DNA of 64,000 bases from Mobula birostris (lineage: Eukaryota). Of the stretch, positions 35,598-48,803 are shown in pieces. The notes beneath the pieces were generated by a model. That model saw nothing but the letters and a program-made list of their open reading frames with translations. It had not been told where the DNA came from and made no database searches. The stretch spans positions 99,340,699-99,404,698 of the forward strand of contig NC_092382.1 of NCBI RefSeq assembly GCF_030028105.1, written 5' to 3'. Both the position numbers and the translations under genes were made by a program. The first letter of the stretch is position 1. Every line of letters starts with the position of its first letter.

Positions 35598-37917
35598 CAC
35601 CCAGCGGCAAGAATCCGCATATAGCCGACCGCCAATGAGCGAAATTCATAGTTCGTTTTCTTACAGGCATTCCCAGAAAACTGAAGATACAGCAGATGAA
35701 AAACAATACATAACTGATGCTAAGACAGTTGGGCAGAATCTGGTAAATCGTGCAAATAATAAAACCAAATACATTGATAAGAACACGAGTTGGAAAGTGA
35801 GTCCGTGGATTGTGGAATCAGTTCAGCCTTGACGTGTGAGGCTTTCCACGCCGGGCGGGTGTCAGACCTAAGGCTCCTGTGCCGACTGTCTACTGGAAGA
35901 ATATTGTGAACATCAGGACAGTACAATGGTCTCACACTGTCCCGATGTATAACTAGGGGACTGAAGACATTTACACAATACTGCAGTAATTTTATGTACT
36001 GCACGGTACCGCTGCCGAAAACAAATAAACAAATTGACAGATGTTGGTTTTAGTAAACGTGATTCTGATGCGGGTCTCTTTAGTGGGATAGTAGTGGGAA
36101 GCGGGGAGAGAGAGTGTTATCATGGTTGGGAAATGGGGAGAGAGAGAAGCACCAAGAAGATATTCAATAATGATCAATAAATCAATTTACAGCTGGAGTA
36201 CGAGAGTTCTAAGGAAAGATTGCAGACGGCGTAGGTTGATTTAAGATGGGGTTTGCGTAAGTAGCCTTCTCGCAGCTTACAAATTTCCGAGGAGAAGAGA
36301 TGAGGTGGTTGACCGTTGTCGTGTTGCGGCGATTGGGCTGTCTCGAACGAATGGACACAGGGTTGAAGTCAGACATGGGGTGCTACACTTTTCAGGCAGA
36401 GGCCGGTGGGAATGTGGAACGAGCTGTCAAGGAATGTCATATCCTGCACACCAGTGTCAAGGAAACGAAAGAACAGCAAGTCCGGACCGATATAGTGAAC
36501 AGAAGAATAATAATGAACGGAAACAATAAATTGTTGTTGTTCGTTCATCGTGACGTCGAAGAGGACATCGACACCATAATGATGGTGTCGAGACTAGCGC
36601 GTAATTTAGATTTAACTGAGGGAGAGTTGCGCAGCGTCAGCCTCACTCTCTCTTCCCAATTCCCATCTGGATCCAGTGGCAAGGTAGAGTCTAGACGGCT
36701 GGAGATGGGACTAGGCGCAGTGGATGACCAGGACGTCTTCTGTGTCTTGTCCTGCTCTACACGTTCCACGACGTTTGCAGAGACCGCCTTCTTGACCATT
36801 GGACCTGCCATTGGTCTCGTCCGCTCAATCCGCCGGAGTCTGTCTTCACATGCTGGGGTGGACAACTCCCTATCTCACCGAGGGTTTGAGACCCGTCGGC
36901 TACCTTCACTTGGTTTAGCCGGCTTGTCGAAGCCGTTGCTCGGGGTGTGGCCGCTGTCGCTTGCAAACAACTACGGGGAGCCACAGATGAGAGCTGAGTG
37001 CCAGGTGGGGATCAAAGGTGGACTAACCGCCCTGAAAAGGACACGACATGTTCCGGGGAACATGTCGCGAAACAATTAATACAAATACATAAAATAGCTG
37101 ATATCAATCCATGAGGTTATATTAGGCTTTACATACTCTGTGACTGACGGGAAATAATAAGAGAGCAGTGATAGTTGCGGGAAGAGGGGGGAGGGGTGGG
37201 TGAGTGGATGGAAGTATCGATCAGGCACACTGTTTGGGGAAGGGAATTGTTTTATGAGGCTGATAATCATGGCGCGGATGCAACGTATCCTCTTCCTTGC
37301 TTCGATTGGAACAAACAGTCCATGAGAAGAGTAGGCGAGATCATTCATGATGATACCGGCAAGCTTGCCAGCGCCTTTCTGTATAATTGTCATTGATGGC
37401 GGGGAGGAGTTTGCATGTGATGTGCACAGTCAGGAGTTCGAAACTGCTCACAGTGTAGACTGTTGTGCCATCGGTGTGAAGGTGTTTGTGAATGCGGCGA
37501 TTTCTTCTGAATTTGATTTGAAAAAATCCCTCTTGTCTTGTTGACGTTGTTATATGCCTGAACCCAGGCCTCGATGTCTACCACCCCCTCTACCACGCCT
37601 CGTGCAGAGTCGCTTGGGTGACATCGGGGAACTTGTCAACGTGATTGGCCGGGTGTTTGGCCGTGCGGTCACGTGTGTAGAGTGTACAGCAATGGGCGAC
37701 ACAAACTGCCCTGCGGGATACCGGTGCAGAGGATGATGGGGAGGGAGTAGCAGTTGTGCATCCTGGGTATGTGAGGTCAGTTCGTCAGGAAGTCCAATTC
37801 ACAGTTGCATTGTGGGGTATTTCTATCGATTAGTCGATGTTGTCACAGTTACGACATTTCAGTGACTTTCCGATGAATGGGCAAGCTGCACTGTCGCGCC
37901 TGTTTCTCTGCAGGGTG

Positions 37918-37931
37918 ACAGCAGGGGGCGC
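37918..37931 (+). promoter_or_regulatory. CTCF-type motif
   Basis: ACAGCAGGGGGCGC. Confidence 0.55.
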
Positions 37932-38285
37932 TCTAAGACCAAACGGAGCGGCAGTGACTTCTGAATCGGGAAGTAGTCAGTCGCCGATCTCGACCTTGCA
38001 ATGCAAAAGTCCACATTTTCAAACCAAGCATCGTCACAGCCCAGCTCTCACTGGGGAAAACAACTTCACCTCGTTTTTTGACACTGAGAGCGGTGTTGTC
38101 GAACCGAGGGACGGACCGCTTGAGGAAAGCATGTTTTTGACGTACAGAAGCAGGTGTGTGCAACGGCAGACAAAGCTGCAACGGGAAACTCGGACGGATG
38201 GCCAGATAGATGGATTTATAGAGAGATACGTGGCAAGATAGTTTGCAAGATAGACCGATTCATACAAATATATATGCATACATAA

Positions 38286-40937
38286 TACACACAAACGTAC
38301 GTCGGCACCGTACCGTACTAATCAGCGCGTCGCTACACAGCACCAGCAGCCTGGGTTCCGCTCCTTCGCCGTTTATAAGAAATTCGTAAGTTCCTCGCAG
38401 TGACGGCGTCAGTTCCCTTCGGTGCCCCAACTCCACCCTGGAAGGACGTAAGGGACAGGAGGTTAATTGATAATATTTATTTATCTGGACGTGGGGGGGG
38501 GGGGGATTCACTGGGTTGGACGGTTCTGTTACCATTTTTCTTTCATTTTTCTTTGAATGAAACTGAACTACCTATACGTTGAGAGACAAACAAAGCGGCA
38601 GAAACTGTGCCCGAGAAACGGACACACAGGTCACACAACGAGAAAAATAACCCCTCATTTCATGTTTTGTCCCGCACATTTGCTCCGGCGGATACAATGA
38701 ACATATATCGACCTTGTGTCTTCGCGCACTTCTGGTTTCTGCTCTGAATGCAACGTCATGCAGCGAGGGAGGGATGGGGATGCCAATGACAGAATCGGGG
38801 ACGGGGCGTTGCAAGCCAGACTGTAACCTTATACAGTCATTATATCTGTCCTCACGCTCCGAACAGGCTCTGCTCTTCCTGAAGGAGAACTTTACGTGAA
38901 GGATGCTTTTGTTAATGGCGTTTGTGACCTGCTTGTACAGCAAGGAATATTCAAATCCAATGTTCCCTGCTTCCGTGTTTGCATTCCGTCTTTCTCATTC
39001 TGTCTTATCCACTTTTCCACATTATCTTTACGTCACGTCCACTTCCTTACCCTGTGAGTATCATCTTTATGGACCCCTGTTCTTCCTCCTGCGTATTTTC
39101 CGAATTTGCTCTGCCATTATTTCCGCGCTTGGCCACTTTCAGAACTTATCCTGTCTCATCCTCGCGTTGCCTCGCACATTGCCTCCAGCTAACTCTCTGC
39201 ATTTTCGCTCTCCTGTCTTCTCCGTCTCTCGCTCGCCCCACACCGCTCCTGTCTATCCATCGCTCTCAACCTCACCCCCGCTCTTCCTACCAGCTCAGCT
39301 TCGGCGCGTACCCTGCCTCTCCATTTTCCTCTCACCGTCCCCTACTGCTGCCATCTCCACTCTACTTCCTCCCATTTCTTTATTTATCTGTCTACCTTTC
39401 AATAATTATCCCTCCTCGCTCCTTCCCTCCGCTTCGTGCTTTGACTCGGCACCGCCACACCCTTCCCTCATCCTCCCTATCCATCTATCTCTATCTATAA
39501 ACCAGTCTTATCATTCTCCTTATCGATTTCTCCATATCTCTGTCTCATCTCTCCCTGGCGCGCTCTGGTTATTTCTCGATCACGTTCTGTTTTTCTGTAC
39601 CTGCCTCTATTACACACAAACATACGGCGGCACCCTCACGTACTAGTCAGCGCGTCGCTACACAGCACCAGAAGCCTGGGTTCCGTTCCTTCCGCCGCCG
39701 ATAAGAAATTCGTACGTTCCTCGCAGTGAGGGTGTCAGTTCCCTTCGGTGCCCCAACTCCACCCCGCAAGGACGTACGGGACAGGAGGTTAATTGGTCAC
39801 ATCTGTGTAATTGGGCGGCGAGGCTTCATTGGGTCGGATGGTTTTGTTAGCAAGTTTTCTATTTATGTTTTGAGTAAAACTGAAATGCCTATGCAGAGAG
39901 AGAAACAAACAGGCAGAAATCGTGCTCGAGAAACGGACACACAGGTCGCACAACGAGAACAATAACTCTTCATTTCATGTTTTGTCCCGCACATTTGCTC
40001 CGGCGGATACAACGCACGTATGTCGACGTTGTACCTTCGCGCACTTCCGGTTTCTGCTCTGAATGCGACGTCATCCAGCGAGGGAGGGATGGGGATGCCA
40101 GTGACAGAAGCGGGGGCGGGGCGTTGCAAGCCAGACTGTAACATTATACAGTCATTATATCTGTCCTCACGCTCCGAACAGGCCCTGCTCTTCCTGAAGG
40201 AGAGCCTTACGTTAAGGATGCTCTTGTTACTGGCGTTTGTGACCTGCTTGTACAGTAAGGAATATTCAAATCCAATGTTCCCTGCTTCCATGTTTTCATT
40301 CTTTCTTTCCCTCATCCTAATTCTGTCTTATCCACGTTTCCACATTATCTTTACGTCACGTCCTCCTCGTTCCCCTGTGAGTATCATCTTTATGGACTCC
40401 TGTTCTTCCTGCTCCTCATTTTCCGGCCTTGCTCGTCCATAATTTCCGCGCATGGCCTCTTTCAGCACTTATCTACTCTCATCCTCGCGTTGCCTCGCAC
40501 GTTCTCTCCAGCTAACTTTCTGCATTTTCGCTCTCCTTTCTTCTCGGTCTCTCGCTCGCTCCACACCGCTCCTGTCCATCCATCACTCCCAACCTCACCC
40601 ACGCTCTTCCTGCCAGCACAGCTTCGGCGCGTACCCTGCCTCTCTATTCTTCTCTCTCTGTCCCTTATTGCTGCCTTCTCCACTCCACTTCCTCCCATTT
40701 CATTATTTATCTATCTACTTTTCAATAATTATCCCTCCTCGCTCCTTCCCTCCGCTTCGTCCTTTGACTCCGCACAGCCATACCCTCCCCTCATCCTCCC
40801 TATCCCTCCATCTCTATCTATAAACCAGTCTTATCTATCTCCTTATCGATTTCTCTATATCTCTGTCTCATCTCTCCCTGGCGTGCTCGGGTTATTTCTC
40901 CATCACGTTCTGTTTTTTCTATACCTGCCTCTATTAC
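38286..40937 (+). repeat. Tandem duplication (2 x about 1.33 kb) of V promoter + leader + intron
   Basis: Unit 1 about 38286-39611 and unit 2 about 39612-40937 align end to end. Confidence 0.93.
38903..38939 (+). pseudogene. Orphan leader exon (duplicate), donor GT>GC
   Basis: MLLLMAFVTCLY + A|GCAAG; no V exon before the next unit starts. Confidence 0.8.
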
Positions 40938-41306
40938 TGTCTGGACCTCTCTCCAGCGCACGGAGTCGCTGCCGTTACTGAATGTATTTATTTTCCCCCC
41001 TCGTTTGTTCTTTAAATCACAAGCCGTGACTTCGACGGTGATCCGCCAGACACTCCACGCTGTTTCCGAGTCCCCCGGCCCGAAACAAACTCGTCACTGC
41101 ACGGTCGAGGGCAGCAGCAGCTACTGATTGTTCTGGTACAGACAATACCCGGGGAAGGATATTGTCGATGTCTGTTTTACTCGATGGCTGCTCCAAGCGT
41201 GGCGCCGGACGCCGAGGTGGACGGGTTTACAGCCAGTCGACCGAAAAACAATGAGTTCACTCTGAGCGTCAGCCGCCTGCAGCTGAACCACACGGCCACA
41301 TATTTC
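40218..41306 (+). pseudogene. TRBV pseudogene (CAWS family)
   Basis: Leader 40218-40254 (MLLLLAFVTCLY, GTAAG). V exon from 41024: VTSTVIRQ...HCTVEGSSSY* (TGA 41125-27), LFWYRQYPGK, frameshift, ...NHTATYF. CAWS and heptamer deleted; nonamer GCAAAAACC at 41331-41339. Confidence 0.88.
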
Positions 41307-43247
41307 ATATGACATTGATAGGAGCCTCGAGCAAAAACCTCAGACAGCAGAAGGTGAGGAGAACGAAGTAAGAGTAACTCTTGCACCCAATTCCCGGTAA
41401 CAGAAATGATCCACACTGTGGTGGGGAAACATTCTCAGCTTCTTCATTCCAGTTCCATATGCAGTGAAGTCCGCTGATAGCTATGACTACCGTTACACCC
41501 GGGGTGGGCTGGGGACAGCCTGCCAATGTCGCCGCACATTCAGGCACCTACCTAGCAGGCCCATATTGTTCAATAGAATATCGAAAAAAGAACATTAAAG
41601 AAAAATGACAGAATAGACCAGAGCCCAAATGCAGCCACTTAAGTTCCTCCCTCCCACCCTAAAGCACATGCCCAGCCATCTAACTCCAAGGAAAGCCGCC
41701 TATCTTTGGGATTGCAAGTACGGAGGAGGCTGCAAGGGGCGCTGTTGCACCAGGAAACACTGGAGCTGAAGAGCGCCGTGTCGATTCAGCACCTGTTCTG
41801 ATGAGGCTGTCTCCTTTAGTGAGGTCGTTAATCCTTACCGGACAGCAAATACGGGCCATGTTTACAGGGGGTTTTCGGAGCTGGCGGGTGTTCAGCTGAG
41901 CAACGAAACCTTTAGAGTTTCGAAGAATGTCGTATTCATTTATGTATTTGTCTATCTACCTTTCTATCTATCTATCTATTTATTTGTATATTTTTACTTG
42001 CTTTTTTTTTTGAAATACAGTCCTTCAAGCCGCCCCGGCCACCCATCTAAGATTTCACGCTCGCCTAATCACGGCGCAGTTTGCAACCAGCAATTAATCT
42101 ACCAACCAGTACTGCGGGAAGAAAACGGACCATGGCGGGAGAACGTAGAAAAATGTTACATACAGCGGCGTCACCTTATGTACCTGATGCCCCTCCCTCG
42201 CCTTCCTCCAGCCTCTTTTCCCATACACCCTACTCCTCTCTTCATTCATAATCTCCTCCTCTCCTTCATCTTCTTTATTCCTGTTGCTCTTATCTCCTCT
42301 CCCCTCTCTCCCACTTACTGCCGTCCTCCTCATCTTATTAATCAACTTGCCTTTCACATCCAATGCCCGTCGTCTCCTGCATATCTCCATCATTGTTTCT
42401 CTTCCGAGTTCAAGCATGAAATTTGTAGCATGGAACCACAGCCTTGGCAACAAAAAACTAACTTCGACCTTTATAATTTTGTAAACCGGTATGTCGTCAG
42501 CCGTTCCAGTGAAAATAAACCAGCCGATCATTCTTCAATACATCTGCAGTCGTCTTATCCTGGAAACACACCTATGAATATCCCGTCCGCTCTTCCTATT
42601 GTCGCAACACGATTCCTGCCCAAGCTGTGTTAAATATTGCGCTTGTGGTCCAACCCAGCACGACACCTTTCACCTTACACTCAGTGCTCTCCACCAGGAA
42701 GAGGAGGCCGTTTGTTCCTTCTCAGGGATGATGGTAGCAGGACGAAGTACCGTCCCCATTGAGATAAACATAGTTTTAACACAGAACTATGGACGATGAA
42801 ATTCACAGGGAAAATTTTAACTATAAATGCGATCGCAAGCAACAAAAAATCAGCTGTGGTTATACAAGTTCTGTTAATGATAGGACTTTCAAAAGCAGGA
42901 AGGGCGTTACTTCTGGAAGAAAGCAGGAAAATGCAGTCGTCGTGTCAGGGAAGAATCAAGTGAACGTCAATGTAATGAAATCCCACTGTGTCTTTTCCAC
43001 CTCACATTCAGGTAAATCGGCGTCAGTTCGGGGCCTGTCGGAGTGTGCTGGGTGTGCTGACGTCACAAGGCTGGTGTAAGAGCTTGCATCTTGCCGGAAG
43101 ATCGGCCACCTGCTCTCTCCTCGTTGTTACCAAACCGTCTGCTTACAATCCACATCGCGTTTCCTCTGTCAAACAAAACAACAAAACAGGACACGGCCAC
43201 ACGGCCACGTGTGCTCGCCTCTGCCACGCCGTTTACATGCAGTCTGG

Positions 43248-43286
43248 GGTTTTTGTCGAGCTCTTCCCTCTCGGCGAGTCACTGTG
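43248..43286 (-). other. 23-RSS
   Basis: CACAGTG, 23 bp, ACAAAAACC; perfect consensus. Confidence 0.97.
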
Positions 43287-43962
43287 AATACTCCAGGCGC
43301 AAAAGTACACGGCCGAGTGATTCCCCCGCAGGCTGTTGGTCACCAGTTTGACCTCGTTAGCTTTCGGCGTCTGCAGGGTAAATCCATCGACCTCCCCGTC
43401 GGGATTCTTAACGTTAGCACCGTAGCTATAGAACATGAACTGCGGCTCCTGCCCTGGGTACTGGCGGTACCAGTGCACCTCATAAGTGCTGCTGCCCTCC
43501 AGGCTGCAGTTCAGGCTCATCAGCCTCCCCTGTGAACCGGAAAAAGCCGGAGGCGTCTGCTGGATCGTTTGCGAGTTCGCGGCTGGGGAAGAGAGGAGAG
43601 GGGTATGACCTCAGTAGGCAGGGAGACTCGGATCATGGAGACAGGGAGGAAAGAAGGAGAAAGAGAGATGCAGGAAGTAGAGGCATATGGGGAATAGAGA
43701 AAGAGATGGGGAAGAAATAGAGAGAGCGAGAGAATAAAAGAAAATAATTATAATTGGATGGACGGAGGTGAGAACTAAATATCAAAGGAGCGCGACGATG
43801 GAATAAGTAAGAAAGAAACACAGAAGAGCGATGGGGAAACAAATATTACAAGAATTAACGGAGCACAGGAAGGGTAATGTAGAACTTGTTCCTTAAAATG
43901 CTCGCAAATTGAAACTGTCCTTTACCGTGAAGCCAGACCAGCAGCTCCAATAACACGAACAT
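43287..43962 (-). CDS. TRBV: TCR beta V segment (CAWS family), intact
   Basis: Leader 43962-43926 (MFVLLELLVWLH, GTAAA donor). V exon 43582-43287: ANSQTIQQTPPAFSGSQGRLMSLNCSLEG...VHWYRQYPGQEPQFMFYS...NHSAVYFCAWSI. Confidence 0.92.
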
Positions 43963-45684
43963 CTTTGAACTTAGACCGTTTCCTCCAAGTGGAAGGGAGA
44001 TCGTAACGAACAACCTTTTGAATGCCTTCTCAGGTCATGGGCGAACGCATGAAGCTCCGCCCCTCACCCACACGTCACCGAGTTGCGACACCGGAAGCTT
44101 AGAGCTTGAATGGTGTGTGGATCAAATCATTTGCCGATTCGGATGTCAGTCGAAAGGCCGGGCCCCATTCCAATTTCAGCAGGACAACGGGAGCTGTCCC
44201 TTCAGTCCCGGACACGACGATCTAACCTCAATGTCACAAACAGAGTCATTGTACCAATTTGGGAGGCGGAGAGAGGAATATAAGGAGGAAGGTACAGATT
44301 ACGTTCAGCAGAAAGACAGATTAATTTCGTATATGGTGGATCAAAGTGCCTTTTCCCGTGTTGTTCATGAATTGAAAATAACAGAGTTGTAGAATATATG
44401 TTACAGACTGTGACCTCTCGGCCCAAATGTTTATTGCTTCAGAGGTGTAAATGGTAGCGTCGTATACTAGTGCAATACGGAAACAATCGCTTTGGTCCAA
44501 CTGGAAACCTCATATAAATAACCTCATAACTCCCGTCATGCAAGCTATGATCATGCCGTCCATTTGTCAGTGATGACGATTGCAGTAGACATTGAAAGCG
44601 TGTAGCACGAAATTTTCCAGAAGTCAGCGAACAAAGCGAAGCAAAAGTGAATACCTGGCAACCAATTCGGCTGCGCGTTATATTTCGAGAATGGGATTAA
44701 CCGTCAAGCAACCGCTTTACTCTGCGACCCAGCAGCTGGGACTTGGACAACCCAAAGTCTTACTCTTGTGTAGAGTGCCACCGTGCGGCGGTAATAAGTA
44801 TAACCCCGAGACAGCAACTTGTGGAAAAGAGACAGTCACGACTACTGCGGGAATATTTGGCCATAAATGATGGTGCTGTGATGGAATCGACTGCGAGCCC
44901 ACTAATCCTAACTATAACCCGCTCCCTGTAAATGCCTGCAAGAAAATGAATCTCTGGGTTGTCTATGGTGCCGTGTACGTACTTTGATAGTACATTTATC
45001 TTGACTGGGACCTTGATTTTATCAAGGCCTGCAAAAATCTCCGGGAGCGCAGATAAGATGCGTCATCATTATTTTCCGGGGGTAAGAGGGATTAGCCCCA
45101 AATTGCAGAATTTAATATTGAGGGACATCTGTTTAAGCTCAGATGAAGTTAGACAGCTGGAATGAATTGTTGGATGAAGCAGTAGAGAAGGGTACGTGTA
45201 CACCATTCAGGCAGGTACACCGATGGTAAAGCTTCAAGGATGTGTTGAGTAAATGGAGGTAAATAGAATTAAAATAGACAGAACCATGAGGCACCTAAGT
45301 TGCTGGTTAACTTGACTATGAAGATGATCTCTCTTTATCTCTATTCAGATCTTGAGGATGATCCGTGACTCCTACAGGGGGCGCTGTTGAACCACGAATG
45401 CAAATCCTCTGTCGGTAGAGGATCTCCATTTTGAAAGCCTCCCTTTGCAGCTGAGGTCGTGAATCATTTTCTATCATCGGGGATGTGGCTTCCATTCACA
45501 AAGATTTCTCGGCGGGCTGGCTGTTCCGCAGAGTTTGCAATATAACCGTCGCCGTGTCAATGAGAATGACCTGATAATCTTCATTCAGCCCCACCATCGT
45601 TCCCCTGGGATATGGCTCAGTAACTCCTTCCTTGTCTGTGATACTGAAAGGCAATAGAATAATTGGAAAAAAAAATTGATAATC

Positions 45685-45897
45685 NNNNNNNNNNNNNNNN
45701 NNNNNNNNNNNNNNNNNNNNNNNNNNNNNNNNNNNNNNNNNNNNNNNNNNNNNNNNNNNNNNNNNNNNNNNNNNNNNNNNNNNNNNNNNNNNNNNNNNNN
45801 NNNNNNNNNNNNNNNNNNNNNNNNNNNNNNNNNNNNNNNNNNNNNNNNNNNNNNNNNNNNNNNNNNNNNNNNNNNNNNNNNNNNNNNNNNNNNNNNN
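45685..45897. other. Assembly gap
   Basis: N run. Confidence 1.
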
Positions 45898-46434
45898 AGA
45901 TAGAGATATAGTTGGATAGATAAATAGATAGCTGGATGGAAAGGTACTTAGAAAATTTATGGATAGAAAGAAAGATAGATAGATGGATGGATAGACTTGT
46001 GTGAATCAAGAAGCAGTGGATAGGTTTTTCCTTCTTGCAAGAATTTCATGGTATCATGAAAATAATCGGGAGAAATTACAAAGAAAATAATATCAAAATT
46101 GTGGTTCCCTTCTTAATTTGTAATACTGCATATTTTCCCCTTCATGATTACTAAACGAGAAAGCACCAGGGCGCGATGTGTGTCGCTTTTCCGTCTAGAA
46201 CCGCTGCATCGCTCCTAATTCGCCACTGCGACAACTTCCCCACGTTCTCCCACCCCTCCCCATCTCAATTTGAATGGCAATCAGAGAATGAACCAGGCGG
46301 CAACTACAGAGGAAATAACGTAGCGCCAATCAACCAATCCAATAGCGCCAAAAGCTATCAGATGGCACAATCTTCTGCTTCGAAAAGTTGGTCTTGAAAC
46401 GCACTCCAATGCTAATCGACATCTCGTAAAAATA

Positions 46435-46790
46435 ATGGTGCGTGGAGAAGATTGCGTTCTCTTAATCATGGATTTGATCCCGTGTAAGCCAAAACAGCAG
46501 AAGTTCAGAGAAAGGGCTACTATTCATTGGGAGATATTAGAATCTATTCGGATTTATATCTTATAAGGATTCTGTCCACGTACGTGGAGCAGTCGCCCCG
46601 TTCCCTGCAGCTTAATTGGGGAGATTCAACCACCATCCAACGCAGGCTGCTTAATACGTGCTACACCATTATGGATTGTTAAACACCTCGACACGTCAAG
46701 GCAATAGGATTTGGATACAATTTAGAAAACACTGTGATTTACTGAGATTCTCCCTTTCTAGTCACAGTTTCCTAAAACTATTTTTAAGCC
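46435..46790 (+). pseudogene. Decayed V pseudogene (VEQSP/CAC family, short-intron type)
   Basis: Leader 46435-46483 (MVRGEDCVLLIMDLIP|GTAAG); 83-bp intron with acceptor CAG>TAA. Exon from 46567: ILSTYVEQSPRSLQLNWGDSTTIQRRLLNTCYTIMDC*. 3' end uncertain. Confidence 0.78.
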
Positions 46791-46989
46791 TTCTATGACC
46801 GCTGTAGTCTTTAAATAATGGGAAAGATTAGGCATTACATGCTTCCGGGATCTGTTTGTGGGAGGAAGTCTTTCTTCGTTTGAACAATTGTCAAGTGAAT
46901 ATAGTTTACCAAAAGCCCACTTTTTCGGTACTTACAAATTAGAGATTTTCTGCGATCTCAATTATATACATTCCCTAATAGACCTGATA

Positions 46990-47950
46990 AGAACATATTA
47001 GATGGAATTCTTAATATGAAACTATTCTATAATTGTTCAATACCCAATATTTATGATATGTTGTTGGGAATGAGAAATGCCTCTTTAGACAAGATTAAAA
47101 TCTTTGGGAACAAGATTTACAGACCTGAATTTCTGAAGAAACTTGGAACGAGATTTTTAAATTGGTTAATACTTCACCGATATCTGCTTGTCATTTCCTC
47201 CTACAATGTAAAGTGGTTCATAGGGCTTATATGACCAAGGATAAATTATCTCGTTTTTTTATAGGGATATATCTCCCTACTCTGATCGGTGTAACAAGGG
47301 AGAAGCTTCACTGATTCATGTGCTTTGGACTTGTCCAAATCTTGGAAAATATTGGAAGTATTCCAAACTTTTTCTGTACTCTTGAAAGTAAATTTAAGCC
47401 TGATCCTTTGACTGCCCTATTTGGTATTGCTGGAAGGAAAGATACAATTTTGAAGACATCTGATCTGCGCATTGTTTTTATCTCTCTTATGGCTAGAGGG
47501 GCGCTTTTGTTGAAATGGAAATATGCTGTTCCGCCTAATCATGCCCAGTGGTTACGGGATGTTATGGCACGCCTAAATTTAGAAAAGATTCGTTGTTCAA
47601 CCTCTGAATCTAACCAAGATTTTCAAAATTTGTGGGGGTCGTTTTTAAATTATTTTCATAATCTTTGACTTCTTGTTAGGGTATAGAAGTTGATTAATAG
47701 TATATTTTATTACCTGATAAGTTTCTTTTTTTCTTTTTTTCCCCCAAACAGCTTCGACTTTGGTAGTGCTTCTTTTAATAAAATTGTTTATATTCTAATA
47801 TACGGATTAATCTAATCCATATGAATATAGACTAAGGAGTTCGTTAACGTGATTCAATATACTGTATTTGGTATTATTATATTCTTTCTTTTGTTTTATA
47901 TGTATTCTCTTGAATTCTGTATTCTGCTATCTAGAAATCAATATAATATT
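46990..47950 (+). mobile_element. L1/Tx1-clade LINE 3' remnant
   Basis: ARGALLLKWK..PP..QWLRDVM..LNLEKIR is the fish L1 ORF2 C-terminal motif; AT-rich 3' tail. Confidence 0.75.
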
Positions 47951-48803
47951 GAAAAAGAAAAAGAAAGAAGAAAGAAATCACACAGACAAGCAGACGAGCG
48001 TCTGATTATCAGCTGGGTCTCAATAGGTTGCAGGACTGTATCCGTGCGGTGTGCGTCTACATTACAGACTGCAGTGCAAATACTTTCCTTACCACAGCAG
48101 TTATATATCAGTCTAAACTGCCCTGATAGTCATGTTCTTGTGTGTATTTACATTGGATTCGAAAAAGACACTATAGTAAATGAAACAACACACACAAAGC
48201 CGGACAATCAAGATGCATAAGAACGCAGACAACACAATTATAAATAACACACATCGTCATCAATAAATGATATTCAGAGCATGAGCTGTAGAGAGCTTGA
48301 AAGAGATTCTGTGAGTTTTGAAATAGTTCCGTGTTGAGGTGAATGAAGTTATCCACACTGATACAGGAGACCGAATCTCCGTGGAAAACTTCACTGACCT
48401 CAAAACTGAAGAGCAAGATAATTGCTTCACTCAGGCTTGCTATGAGGATGTGACGAATGGCGAAGAATTTCTGTCGTGGAAGTGATACCATGATTTCGAA
48501 ATGATAACAGTAGTAAGTTGGAGCTCTGAGCAGACTTATCAATTGGATAGAACCTGCATCCCATGGGTATGTGCCTCCCGGTTTCGAATCATCCAATCGC
48601 ATCTGCTTGGCATGAACTCATCTCGGGCCTCGTCGGCAGCTTCTCAAAATGCCAACCGTCCAAAGGCGACAACGTGCGGAGGAAGTGAATTAATTGACAC
48701 AGAGCCAACTCGAAACCAGCTGCTTCGATATGCAGCGGCTTTCCGGCTATCCGCTACTGGGCTTCACTTGATTCCATATGGCGGAAGTGTCCTCGTCCTG
48801 TAC

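Noticed and set aside
18645-45911. ORFs containing X runs
   Set aside because: They only span assembly gaps.
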